The notes below the pieces were generated by a model that saw only the letters and a program-made list of their open reading frames with translations, was not told where the DNA came from and made no database searches. Positions 53,590 to 62,802 of a stretch of 64,000 nucleotides of DNA are shown here, one piece after another. Both the position numbers and the translations under genes were made by a program. The stretch is from Syntrophorhabdaceae bacterium (lineage in GTDB: Bacteria; Desulfobacterota; Syntrophorhabdia; Syntrophorhabdales; Syntrophorhabdaceae), in NCBI GenBank assembly GCA_963666485.2, contig CAXXUO010000001.1, positions 992,001 through 1,056,000 of the forward strand, written 5' to 3'. Every line of letters starts with the position of its first letter. Position 1 is the stretch's first letter.

Positions 53590-54177
53590 ATGGACACTGC
53601 GTGCGCGATACTTGCCGGCGGACGGAGCCTCCGCATGGGGCGGGACAAGGCAACGGCTCAATTCCAGGGCCACACCTTGATCGGGACCGTTTTCGACTCC
53701 GTGAAAGAGGTCTTCGATGATGTCATAATCGTCTCGTCCATGCACGGTTCGCTTGACGGCATCGATGCGCCCGTCATCGAGGACATCCTGCCGGTCCAGA
53801 CCCCGATGATCGGTATAGCGACCGCCCTTCTTAATGTCAATAAGCCGCGGGTTTTTGTCGTCGCCTGCGATATGCCCTTCCTCACCCGGGACGCAATTAA
53901 GCGCCTGGTCGATGCCCCGGGAGATGCAGACATCGTGATCCCGATGATCGGGGAATATTTTGAACCCCTGCACGCCGTCTACAACAGGTCATGCCTTGCC
54001 CATTTTTTGCGCTTGATAGGGCTCAACAAGCTCAAGATATCGGGCGTGTTCCCGTACGTAACGATGAACGTGATCAGGGATGACCCGTGCTTCCGCAATC
54101 CCGGCGGCGACCTCGTCTTTCTGAACATCAATACGGCTGAAGATCTGCAGCGTGTCGATACGGACGGCCCGGCGTGA
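53590..54177 (+). CDS. mobA: Molybdenum cofactor guanylyltransferase
   Basis: LAGGRSLRMGRDKA, ACDMPF, EPLHAVY, NINT. Confidence 0.88.
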   Translation: MDTACAILAGGRSLRMGRDKATAQFQGHTLIGTVFDSVKEVFDDVIIVSSMHGSLDGIDAPVIEDILPVQTPMIGIATALLNVNKPRVFVVACDMPFLTRDAIKRLVDAPGDADIVIPMIGEYFEPLHAVYNRSCLAHFLRLIGLNKLKISGVFPYVTMNVIRDDPCFRNPGGDLVFLNINTAEDLQRVDTDGPA

Positions 54178-54632
54178 TGGGCGTCTCCCCGGAGCGGCGC
54201 ATGCGCACAATGACCGGTGACGACGTTCACGCCGTCATGGAGATCGAAGAGCGTTCCTTCGTGTCGCCCTGGACCCGGGGCATGTTCTCGCAAACCCTGG
54301 AATCGTCCGTTGCCCGTAATTACGTCATGCTCGAGGACCGCCGGATCACAGGCTATATCGTGCTTTACCGGGCCGGTCTCGAGATGCACATTATGAATAT
54401 TGCCGTGGACCCTGCCCGCCGGCGCCAGGGGATCGCCCTCGATATGATGGAGAGGGTCCTCGCACAGGCGCGCGCCGATTCGATCGAGGAATGCTTCCTT
54501 GAGGTCAGGGAAACCAATTTCCCCGCGCAGGCCCTTTATGAAAGGCTCGGCTTCAAGCGGATCGGTAAGCGCAAGGGGTATTATACCGAAACGAATGAGG
54601 ATGCGATAGTCATGGTATTGTTTTTGCGTTAG
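54174..54632 (+). CDS. rimI: Ribosomal protein S18 alanine N-acetyltransferase
   Basis: SPW, NIAVDPARRRQG, FLEVRETN, YERLGF, RKGYY..EDA; exact start uncertain. Confidence 0.92.
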   Translation: MMGVSPERRMRTMTGDDVHAVMEIEERSFVSPWTRGMFSQTLESSVARNYVMLEDRRITGYIVLYRAGLEMHIMNIAVDPARRRQGIALDMMERVLAQARADSIEECFLEVRETNFPAQALYERLGFKRIGKRKGYYTETNEDAIVMVLFLR

Positions 54633-54725
54633 CCGTTAGCCGTTAGCCGTTAGCCGTTAGCCGTTAGCCGTTAGCCGTTAGCCGTTAGCCGTTAGCCGTT
54701 AGCCGTTAGCCGTTAGCCGTTAGCC
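54628..54725 (+). repeat. Perfect tandem repeat (GTTAGCC)x14
   Basis: 98 bp of perfect 7-mer; the first unit supplies the rimI TAG stop. Confidence 0.97.
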
Positions 54726-54809
54726 GAATTTTACGCAAAAAGAAATTGCCATGCGCGCCCCTTACGAGTTAGAATCCCGTCGAAGCAAGAGCTTCCCTAA
54801 AGGTGCCAA

Positions 54810-55568
54810 ATGGATGATATACCGGGAATAATAACAGCGAACAGCGCCCTGGTCCCGGGCTATCATCGCCTGACCGTACGGCTCGCAAGACCCCTCGGAG
54901 AGGTCACCCCGGGCCAGTTCGTCATGCTCAAGGTGCCGGACCGCGAGATATTCCTTCGCAGGCCGTTCAGCATTTATGATGCCCGCGGCACCATGGTGAC
55001 GATCATGTACCGCGTGGTCGGCAAGGGCACGGATGCGTTGAGCCGCGCACAAAAGAAGGACCCCGTTATGGTGCTCGGGCCGCTCGGCCGGGGGTTTTAT
55101 CCGCCGGCCGCGGGACCCTGCCTTGTCATAGCGGGGGGCATCGGCTACGCCGGGGTGCGGATGCTTCTTAAGGCACTTGGCAAAAGGGCGGTTTTATTCA
55201 TGGGGGTCAATGGCGAGGCGGAGCTAAAGCTCCTTGCGGACCTCAAAGGTGTTAAGGTCCTGACCGCGACGCTCGACGGCTCGTGTGGATATCACGGCAA
55301 TGTCGTTTCCCTGTTCAGTGACCATGTCGCGTCGTACCGTTCACAGAACCCGACCGTATTTACCTGCGGCCCGAAGGGGATGATCCTTGGCGTTAAAGAT
55401 GTCCTTGAGGCCGGCAGGGTACCATGCCAGGTCTCGATCGAAGAGAGGATGGCGTGCGGGCTCGGGCTCTGTTTCGGGTGCGTGGCCGAAACGAAAGATG
55501 AGATAAACCCCTTCAAAAGGGTGTGTAAAGAAGGGCCGGTATTCGATCTATGGGAACTCTCACTGTAA
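54810..55568 (+). CDS. pyrK: Dihydroorotate dehydrogenase electron transfer subunit
   Basis: PGQF, RRPFS, GPLG, GGIG, CGP, MACGLGLCFGC, VCKEGPVF. Confidence 0.93.
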   Translation: MDDIPGIITANSALVPGYHRLTVRLARPLGEVTPGQFVMLKVPDREIFLRRPFSIYDARGTMVTIMYRVVGKGTDALSRAQKKDPVMVLGPLGRGFYPPAAGPCLVIAGGIGYAGVRMLLKALGKRAVLFMGVNGEAELKLLADLKGVKVLTATLDGSCGYHGNVVSLFSDHVASYRSQNPTVFTCGPKGMILGVKDVLEAGRVPCQVSIEERMACGLGLCFGCVAETKDEINPFKRVCKEGPVFDLWELSL

Positions 55569-56452
55569 ACCTCCTGGGCAAGGCCCTCAAGAACCCGGTT
55601 ATGAACGCGTCGGGCACGCTCGGTTACGGCGTCGAGATAGAAGCGCTGTGGAATATCGATACCATGGGCGCCTACGTCACGAAAGGCCTGTCGGAAAAAC
55701 CCCATCATGGCAACAAAACCCCCCGTGTCTGGGAGGAGCGTTACGGGATGATAAATTCCATAGGGCTCCAGAATGTCGGTGTCGACCGTTTCTTTTCCCA
55801 CTATTTCCCGTTCTTCGTCGAGAGGAACATGCCCGTGATCGTGAACTTCTTCGGGTTCACCGAAGACGAATATATCTCCTGCGCAAGGAAGATTCCCTCC
55901 CATGACCTCATCGTGGCCCTCGAGATGAACCTTTCCTGCCCCAATATCAAGAAGGGGGGGATAAGCTTCGGGAAGGACGCCCCGGCCGTTCACGCTATCG
56001 TCAACGCGGTTAAAAAGATCACGCCGGTCCCCGTCATAGCGAAGCTCACCGCCGAGGTGAAGAACATCGTCGAGATAGCCCGGGCGGCGTATGAAGGCGG
56101 GGCGGACGGGCTCACGCTCATCAACACGATGCCCGCCGCGATCATCGATACGAAGTTGAAATCTATGCCGCTCAAGGGCGGCCTTTCGGGGCCCATCCTG
56201 AAGCCCATCGCGTTGAGGGCCGTGTATGATTGCTACAGGGAGATCCCGGTCCCCATCATAGGTGTGGGGGGCATCATGGATGCGGGCGACGCCCTCGAAT
56301 TCCTGATGGCAGGGGCGAGGGCGGTACAGGTTGGCACCGCCACGTTCGTCGATCCTTTTGCCATGCCGAAGATCATCGCCGGCCTCGATGCATGGCTTGA
56401 TGAAAATGATTGTGCAGGCGTAGAGGCTGTAACGGGAATTACCCATGGCTGA
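55550..56452 (+). CDS. pyrD: Dihydroorotate dehydrogenase (class 1B) catalytic subunit
   Basis: NASGT, NSIGLQN, NLSCPN, INT, GGLSGP, GVGGI. Confidence 0.95.
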   Translation: MGTLTVNLLGKALKNPVMNASGTLGYGVEIEALWNIDTMGAYVTKGLSEKPHHGNKTPRVWEERYGMINSIGLQNVGVDRFFSHYFPFFVERNMPVIVNFFGFTEDEYISCARKIPSHDLIVALEMNLSCPNIKKGGISFGKDAPAVHAIVNAVKKITPVPVIAKLTAEVKNIVEIARAAYEGGADGLTLINTMPAAIIDTKLKSMPLKGGLSGPILKPIALRAVYDCYREIPVPIIGVGGIMDAGDALEFLMAGARAVQVGTATFVDPFAMPKIIAGLDAWLDENDCAGVEAVTGITHG

Positions 56453-58142
56453 CGGGAACGGGTCACGCCGGTTCAGCGTACCGTCCGCAGATGCCGCCCG
56501 CAAAGCCGCTGACATAACGGGTTCCCTCGGCGTCCCGGATATCATCGCGCGCATACTCGTTGCCCGGGGGATAACGACCCCCGACGAGGCATCAATTTTT
56601 TTAAGGCCGCGGCTTGGCGACCTGTCGGACCCGTTCGACCTTCCCGACATGGAAAAAGGCATCATGCGCCTTGTCGATGCTGTCATCAAAGGAGAAAAGA
56701 TCTGCATCTGGGGGGATTACGACGCAGACGGGATCTCGAGCCTTGCCCTCGCCTATAATTTTCTGAAAGACCTCGGGATCACCCCTGTTGTTCACATACC
56801 GACACGCGAGGAGGGCTACGGGCTCCATGCCGAGAGGATCGAGGGTCTTCACGAGGAGGGGGTCGGGCTTCTCGTGTCGCTGGACTGCGGCTCTTCAAAC
56901 GTCGAAGAGATCGCCCGCGCGAGAGACCTTGGCATCGATACCGTCGTCATAGACCACCACGAGATCGGGTCCGATCTCCCGCCGGCGCATGCCGTCATAA
57001 ACCCGAAACGCAAGGATTCGATATTTCCCACACGCGATCTCGCGGCGTGCGGGGTGACCTTCTTTTTCCTCATGGGACTTCGGAGGACCCTGCACAAAAA
57101 AGGATTAATATCGAAGCATATAAACCTGAAAAAGGAGCTTGACCTTGTTACCGTGGGAACGGTCGGGGACATGGTGCCGCTCGTCGGCGACAACAGGATC
57201 CTGGTGCGGCACGGCATGGAAGTGATGAACGAGACCCCGCGGGCCTGGCTGAGATCAATGCTCGGCAACAGGATAATATCAAAAGGCCTGGTAAACGAGT
57301 TTGCCCTCGGTTTTATCATCGTGCCGCGCATCAATGCAGCGGGCCGCGTCTCGAGGCCCGACCCGTCCTTCCATTTTCTCGTTTCCCCCGATGATGCCGC
57401 AGCCCTTCCACTCCTCGCTGCGCTCCAGAGAGCGAACAGCGACCGGCAGGGCCGGGAAAAAAAGATACACGATCAGATCGTGCGCGATATTTCTGTCAAC
57501 GGGCTCGCAGGCAGGAAGACGATCGTCGTGTTCGATGAAAAATGGCAGGAGCAGTCGGGTGTTCTCGGTATTGTCGCACAGAAATTGACCGAGCAGTTCG
57601 GAAAGCCGTCCATTGTCATGACAAAGGTCAAAGGGGTATGGAAAGGCTCGGGCCGCGGCGGCGACGGCATGGACCTCTTCGAGACGATATGTTCCCTCTC
57701 CCCGTTGCTTCTTAAATACGGGGGCCATAAATACGCGTGCGGACTTTCCGTTGCCGAAGAGAACGTCGAGCTTTTTGCCGAGGCGTTCGAAAGGTCCGTG
57801 GAGGGCCCCATCGTCCCCCGGACGCGCGAGGTCCATATCGATACCGCGGCAGCCCTCGATGAGCTGACGACCGGGACCATGGAGCTTTTGGAAAGGATAG
57901 GCCCGTTCGGGATCGGCAACCCCCGGCCAAACCTGCTTCTCGATGTGGCAGGCATCTCTGCGACAGAAAAGGGATATGCAAAGATAACAGATCATGCGAG
58001 CAGGGTGTGGGACGGATTTTATCCGGGCAAGGGGCCTGTCAAAAAGGACGGTCCCACCCGGGTGATCGCCTCGCCGGCGGTACGGATGAGGATGGGGGAA
58101 AAGTTCGTTAATTTGAGCGTGAAAGAGATATTGGAAGGATAG
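56445..58142 (+). CDS. recJ: Single-stranded-DNA-specific exonuclease RecJ
   Basis: GDYDADG, EGYG, DCG, IDHH, PRINAAGR, GSGR, GGH, PFGIGNP. Confidence 0.95.
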   Translation: MADGNGSRRFSVPSADAARKAADITGSLGVPDIIARILVARGITTPDEASIFLRPRLGDLSDPFDLPDMEKGIMRLVDAVIKGEKICIWGDYDADGISSLALAYNFLKDLGITPVVHIPTREEGYGLHAERIEGLHEEGVGLLVSLDCGSSNVEEIARARDLGIDTVVIDHHEIGSDLPPAHAVINPKRKDSIFPTRDLAACGVTFFFLMGLRRTLHKKGLISKHINLKKELDLVTVGTVGDMVPLVGDNRILVRHGMEVMNETPRAWLRSMLGNRIISKGLVNEFALGFIIVPRINAAGRVSRPDPSFHFLVSPDDAAALPLLAALQRANSDRQGREKKIHDQIVRDISVNGLAGRKTIVVFDEKWQEQSGVLGIVAQKLTEQFGKPSIVMTKVKGVWKGSGRGGDGMDLFETICSLSPLLLKYGGHKYACGLSVAEENVELFAEAFERSVEGPIVPRTREVHIDTAAALDELTTGTMELLERIGPFGIGNPRPNLLLDVAGISATEKGYAKITDHASRVWDGFYPGKGPVKKDGPTRVIASPAVRMRMGEKFVNLSVKEILEG

Positions 58143-58176
58143 GTCAAAGTTCAAAGTTCAATGTTCAACGCTAAAA
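58142..58176 (+). repeat. Degenerate heptamer array, GTTCAA type, 5 units
   Basis: GGTCAAA GTTCAAA GTTCAAT GTTCAAC GCTAAAA, starting at the recJ stop. Confidence 0.7.
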
Positions 58177-58218
58177 ACATAATAAGGAAAATTATCTGGC
58201 GGTGAACGGGCTAAAGAA

Positions 58219-58695
58219 ATGGCGAAAGAAAAATCCCACGTAACACCAGCCGTAAGATTTCTCAGAGAGAAAAAAATAGAGTTTACCGAGCATCCATACC
58301 AGTACGTCGAAAAGGGTGGGACGTCTACGTTTGCAAAGCAGTATCATGTTGACGAACACATGGTCATAAAGACGCTTGTTATGGAGGATGAGACGGGCCG
58401 GCCGGTCATCGTCCTCATGCACGGCGACAAAGAGGTGTCGACGAAGGAACTGGCCCGCGTCATGGGGGTCAAAAAGATCACCCCGTCCGCGAATCCCCAG
58501 AAACATTCCGGTTACATGATAGGGGGGACGTCCCCGTTCGGCACGCGTAAAGAGATGCCCGTGTACATGGAGGAAACGATCCTCGACCTGCCGAAGATCT
58601 ATATAAACGGCGGCAGGCGCGGCTACCTCATAGCGATGGACCCGCACGATATCGTGAAAACGCTGGGGGCGAAAATGGTGAGGGTGGGAATATGA
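58219..58695 (+). CDS. ybaK: Cys-tRNA(Pro) deacylase
   Basis: TPAV, IKTLV, GYMIGGTSPFG, NGGRRG. Confidence 0.9.
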   Translation: MAKEKSHVTPAVRFLREKKIEFTEHPYQYVEKGGTSTFAKQYHVDEHMVIKTLVMEDETGRPVIVLMHGDKEVSTKELARVMGVKKITPSANPQKHSGYMIGGTSPFGTRKEMPVYMEETILDLPKIYINGGRRGYLIAMDPHDIVKTLGAKMVRVGI

Positions 58696-58823
58696 GCGGC
58701 GTACGGCGTACGGCTAACGGAAAGGCGAGCCTCTCCCGAAAGAAAAAAATGAAAGAGCAAGAATTTCAGCTTGTTTTTTTGTCTTTTGGATTTTTGCCGT
58801 AAGCCGTAAGCCGTAAGCCGTAG
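58696..58823. repeat. Inverted pair of heptamer arrays (ACGGC type / GCCGTAA x4)
   Basis: GCGGCGT ACGGCGT ACGGCTA ACGGAAA right after the ybaK TGA; GCCGTAA x3 plus GCCGTAG at 58796-58823. Confidence 0.75.
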
Positions 58824-58867
58824 CTATTTTTCCCCTAACATCCTATAATGAACTAAGAGGCATTTAA

Positions 58868-59578
58868 ATGTCACCCGACGTATCCACATTGTTGATCGCA
58901 GCCGTGTCTATCGGGTTCTTCCACACCCTTTTCGGGCCGGACCATTACGTGCCGTTCGTCATGCTTTCGTGGTCCCGGAAGTGGTCGACGGCAAAAACGG
59001 CGTGGATAACCTTTCTGTGCGGGCTGGGCCATATACTGAGCTCGGTGGTCCTCGGGCTTATCGGGGTGGTCCTCGGTATCGCCGTCGAGAGGCTGGAATT
59101 CATCGAGTCATCGCGCGGGACGGTCGCTGCCTGGATGCTCATCGCCTTCGGTATAGCATACAGTGCATGGGGAATACGGCAGGCAATTCTCAATAAACCG
59201 CATAAACACACCCACATCCATGATGGCGAGACAGTACACGAACACGAGCATACACACCATGGCGGGCATGTCCATATCCACGAACGGGAAGGGAAGACCA
59301 TCACGCCGTGGGTCCTTTTCATCGTCTTCGTCTTCGGGCCCTGCGAACCACTGATACCCCTGCTCATTTACCCGGCGGCCCAGAAGAGCTATGCGGGTGT
59401 CATCATGGTCAGCGCCACGTTCGGCATCGTGACGATAGCCACTATGATGGCGGCGGTGCTGCTTATGAGATCGGGCCTGAGTCTCAAAATTCTGGCCAGG
59501 GCCGAGCGCTATACCCACGCGATCGCCGGCCTTACCATCCTTACCTGCGGACTCATGATCCAATTCTTGGGATTGTAG
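58868..59578 (+). CDS. Ni/Co transporter-like membrane protein (UreH/RcnA/HoxN superfamily)
   Basis: GFFHTLFGPDH, GLGH, His-rich loop HKHTHIH...HEHEHTHH, GPCEP. Confidence 0.82.
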   Translation: MSPDVSTLLIAAVSIGFFHTLFGPDHYVPFVMLSWSRKWSTAKTAWITFLCGLGHILSSVVLGLIGVVLGIAVERLEFIESSRGTVAAWMLIAFGIAYSAWGIRQAILNKPHKHTHIHDGETVHEHEHTHHGGHVHIHEREGKTITPWVLFIVFVFGPCEPLIPLLIYPAAQKSYAGVIMVSATFGIVTIATMMAAVLLMRSGLSLKILARAERYTHAIAGLTILTCGLMIQFLGL

Positions 59579-59595
59579 GTCGGCCGGTGCCGACC

Positions 59596-59673
59596 AGGTG
59601 ACAGGTAATGGGTAATAGGTGCGCTCAGGCCGGTTTTTCCCATTACCTATCACCCACTACCCCGTTTCTGTTA
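59596..59673. repeat. Inverted pair of heptamer arrays (GGGTAAT / CCCATTA type)
   Basis: AGGTGAC AGGTAAT GGGTAAT AGGTGCG ... CCCATTA CCTATCA CCCACTA CCCCGTT. Confidence 0.7.
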
Positions 59674-59683
59674 TACTATTCCG

Positions 59684-60613
59684 ATGCAACCCTACCTTTC
59701 CATGCTAACCCCCTGCAGGCTGTGCCCGCGCAGGTGCGGCGCCGACCGGGCCGCGGGCGAAACGGGTTTTTGCGGGGCCGGCAGCGAGCTCCGGATAGCG
59801 CATTTCGGCCCTCATTTCGGGGAGGAACCGCCCATAACCGGGACGAAAGGGTCCGGGAATATATTCTTTTCGTTCTGCAACCTGCGCTGCGTATTCTGCC
59901 AGAACCACCAGATAAGTCATGACGGCATCGGGAAACCTGCCTCTATCGAGGACCTGGTGTCGATATTCTTTTCCCTGCGCTCGGCGGGATGCCACAATAT
60001 CAACCTTGTGAGCCCCACATCCTATGTACCTTTCATCGCGCCTGCCATCGCCGAGGCAAAACGAAGGGGCATCGGGCTGCCCTTTGTCTACAACACGAAC
60101 GCCTACGATGATGTCGAGACGCTCGCGTCCCTCGAGGGGCTTATCGATATCTACCTTCCCGATTTCAAGTATTCAAGCGGCCTTATCGCCTCCCGGCTTT
60201 CAGATGCGCCCGACAATGCCCCGTATCCGGAAGCTGCCCGCGCTGCGATCCTGGAGATGAAACGGCAGGTCGGGGACCTCGTCGTCGAAGATACTATTGC
60301 AAAAAAAGGCATTATTGTCCGCCACCTTGTCCTTCCGGGAGGGCTTGCCGGCTCGAGGCAGGTCTTCGAATGGATAGGCGAGAACCTGGGCAGGTCAACG
60401 TGGATTGGCCTTATGTCGCAGTATCTTCCCCTCCATCGCTCCGGGGATTACCCGATACTCGCACGGAGGATCAGGCAGGACGAGTACGACAGCGTCATTG
60501 CATATCTCATAGACAATGGTTTCGAGAATGTTTTCATCCAGGAGCTTGAAAGCGCCCCGCTTTTCGTGCCGGATTTCAGGAAAGAGAGGCCCTTTGAACA
60601 AAATACCCGGTAA
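59684..60613 (+). CDS. PflX-like radical SAM protein
   Basis: CRLCPRRCG..R, HFGEEPPI.G, CNLRCVFCQN, IYLPDFKY, VRHLVLP. Confidence 0.9.
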   Translation: MQPYLSMLTPCRLCPRRCGADRAAGETGFCGAGSELRIAHFGPHFGEEPPITGTKGSGNIFFSFCNLRCVFCQNHQISHDGIGKPASIEDLVSIFFSLRSAGCHNINLVSPTSYVPFIAPAIAEAKRRGIGLPFVYNTNAYDDVETLASLEGLIDIYLPDFKYSSGLIASRLSDAPDNAPYPEAARAAILEMKRQVGDLVVEDTIAKKGIIVRHLVLPGGLAGSRQVFEWIGENLGRSTWIGLMSQYLPLHRSGDYPILARRIRQDEYDSVIAYLIDNGFENVFIQELESAPLFVPDFRKERPFEQNTR

Positions 60614-60639
60614 AGCTTATATGCAAAATACACCACCGC

Positions 60640-60670
60640 CGTCATCCCGGTGTCAAGCACCGGGATGACG
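60640..60670. repeat. REP-like palindrome
   Basis: CGTCATCCCGGTG-TCAAG-CACCGGGATGACG; its ends match the 51267 element. Confidence 0.7.
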
Positions 60671-60740
60671 ACATCCGGCGGGTTTCACGAATGGTAGTCA
60701 TTGTTGTGTGATTGACCGTTAAATTTGAAAGGAGGCATTA

Positions 60741-61223
60741 ATGGAGCTTAAGACTGTAAAGATCGATGTCCCGGAAGGGCTCAATGTGGTTATCGGGCAG
60801 TCCCATTTCATAAAGACCGTCGAGGACCTGTACGAAATCCTCGTCGGGTCCGCGCCGTCGCTCAAGTTCGGAGTTGCCTTTTCCGAGGCGAGCGGGCCGT
60901 GCCTTACGCGTTATGAAGGGAACGACGAAGCCCTCGCCAAACTCGCCGCCGATACCTCCTTCGATCTGGCGTGCGGGCACACATTCGTTATTTTCCTGCG
61001 TGACGGCTTCCCCATCAATGTCCTCAACGCCGTAAAGGCCTGCCAGGAGGTGTGCCAGGTGTTCTGTGCAACCGCAAACCCCCTTGACATCATCATCGCC
61101 GAAACCGACCAGGGGCGCGGCATCATGGGTGTTGTAGACGGATCGAGGCCGGCCGGGATAGAAAAAGATGAGGACAAAAAAGCGCGGAAGGAGATGCTCC
61201 GGAAGTTTGGATATAAATTGTAA
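60741..61223 (+). CDS. Adenosine-specific kinase family protein (DUF355)
   Basis: GQSHFIKTVED, FSEASG, GHTF, CATANP, GVVDG. Confidence 0.88.
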   Translation: MELKTVKIDVPEGLNVVIGQSHFIKTVEDLYEILVGSAPSLKFGVAFSEASGPCLTRYEGNDEALAKLAADTSFDLACGHTFVIFLRDGFPINVLNAVKACQEVCQVFCATANPLDIIIAETDQGRGIMGVVDGSRPAGIEKDEDKKARKEMLRKFGYKL

Positions 61224-61231
61224 AAGCGGGA

Positions 61232-61355
61232 GATGGGCAAGAGGCGATGGGCAAGAGGCGAAGAAACACCCGATTTCCCCTTGCCCACCACCGCCTGAAG
61301 TGGTTTGAAACGCTGTTTTCTCCATGGCCTGTCGCCCCTTGCGCATCGCCCATCT
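61232..61355. repeat. Inverted pair of heptamer-based arrays (GATGGGC AAGAGGC x2 / ...TCGCCCATC)
   Basis: Direct 14-mer duplication 8 nt after the stop, with complementary arms near 61277 and 61328-61354. Confidence 0.65.
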
Positions 61356-61490
61356 TTTTGGAATGATTCTTGCTTGGTTTGGGGTTGATTGTATCCGCGC
61401 TAATGTGGTAATTTTCAACATTAATAGATACCGAATATATCAATCGGCAGAATAAGAAAAAGGCAGACCCTACTGCCGGACGGGGCGATC

Positions 61491-62777
61491 ATGATCGGAA
61501 TAGGAATTATAGGCTTGGGAACAGTGGGTACCGGTACGTACCGGATCCTGACGGAGCATGCTGCTCTTATCCGCAAGAAGACCGGGCTTGATCTCGGCGT
61601 TGTGCGGGTGGCGGAGATAAACCCCCGTAATATTAAAGGAAAAAATATCGACCGCACGGTCCTTACCCCGGACGCGATGGAGTTGATCCGGGATGAGAGG
61701 GTCAATATCGTCGTCGAGCTTATCGGGGGCATGAACCCGGCGGGGAATTTCATTAAGGCGGCCCTTAACCTGAAGAAACAGGTGGTTACAGCCAACAAGG
61801 CCCTGCTTGCGGAAAAAGGCGAGGAACTCTTCGCGCTGGCGAAGAAGACGGGCTGCGATATCGGATTCGAGGCATCCGTGTGCGGCGGCATCCCGGTGAT
61901 CAGGGCCATTCGAGACGGCCTCGTCGGCAACCGGTTCTCCTATATCCTGGGCATACTCAACGGGACGAGCAATTATATCCTGTCCCGGATGACGGATGAA
62001 GGAATATCTTTCGGAGAGGCGCTGAAGAACGCCCAGAAGGAAGGATACGCCGAGAAGGACCCGACGTTTGACGTTGAAGGCATCGACGCAGCCCACAAAC
62101 TCTCCATCCTGGTGCGCCTCGCTTTTTCGTCGCCCGTCACGATGAAAAATATCACAACGCACGGAATATCGAGCATCGATCCCGTGGATATCGGGTTCGC
62201 CCGGGACTTAGGTTACAAGATCAAGCTCCTCGCCATCGCCAAGCGGTCGGCATCGGGGATCGAAGCTCGGGTCGAACCGGCCATGCTTCCGCTTACCCAT
62301 CCGATGAGCAGTGTCAACGGGGTCTTTAACGCCGTTTACATCGTGGGCGACAGGGTGGGGCCCAACCTCTTCTACGGCAGGGGTGCCGGAAGCGAGCCGA
62401 CGGGAAGCGCCGTTGTGAGCGATATCGTCGATATGGCGAAAAAATTGAGCAGCAGCGCACCCGCCCCCGTGCCGGGGCTTGTCGCCTCCGGGAAATACAG
62501 GGAGGCAAAGAGCTCGCCGGTGCCCTATTATCTCAGGGTCATGGCGAAGGACACGCCGGGGGTTCTCTCCAAGATTTCGGGCATCCTCGCCAAATACAAG
62601 ATAAGCATATCGGCAGTGACCCAGCAGGGCAGGAAGCTCAGCGGGCACGTACCCATCGTCATGGTTACCCATGACGCACCGGAAGACGGCCTCAAGAAGG
62701 CGAAGAAGGATATCGACAACTCTTCTTTTACGAAAGGGCAGAGTGTCCACATAAGGATAGAGGAAGGAAAGGCGTGA
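61491..62777 (+). CDS. hom: Homoserine dehydrogenase with ACT domain
   Basis: GLGTVG, VVTANK, EASVCGGIP, NGTSN, DVEGIDAAHK, GRGAG, C-terminal ACT. Confidence 0.96.
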   Translation: MIGIGIIGLGTVGTGTYRILTEHAALIRKKTGLDLGVVRVAEINPRNIKGKNIDRTVLTPDAMELIRDERVNIVVELIGGMNPAGNFIKAALNLKKQVVTANKALLAEKGEELFALAKKTGCDIGFEASVCGGIPVIRAIRDGLVGNRFSYILGILNGTSNYILSRMTDEGISFGEALKNAQKEGYAEKDPTFDVEGIDAAHKLSILVRLAFSSPVTMKNITTHGISSIDPVDIGFARDLGYKIKLLAIAKRSASGIEARVEPAMLPLTHPMSSVNGVFNAVYIVGDRVGPNLFYGRGAGSEPTGSAVVSDIVDMAKKLSSSAPAPVPGLVASGKYREAKSSPVPYYLRVMAKDTPGVLSKISGILAKYKISISAVTQQGRKLSGHVPIVMVTHDAPEDGLKKAKKDIDNSSFTKGQSVHIRIEEGKA

Positions 62778-62802
62778 GACCGGCGGCGTCCGGCAGACAG
62801 GT

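Noticed and set aside
53590..54177. mobA as the cofactor maturase of the neighbouring molybdoenzyme
   Set aside because: Bacterial enzymes of this family generally use the cytosine dinucleotide (MocA). This protein has MobA-type motifs and heads the rimI-pyrK unit.
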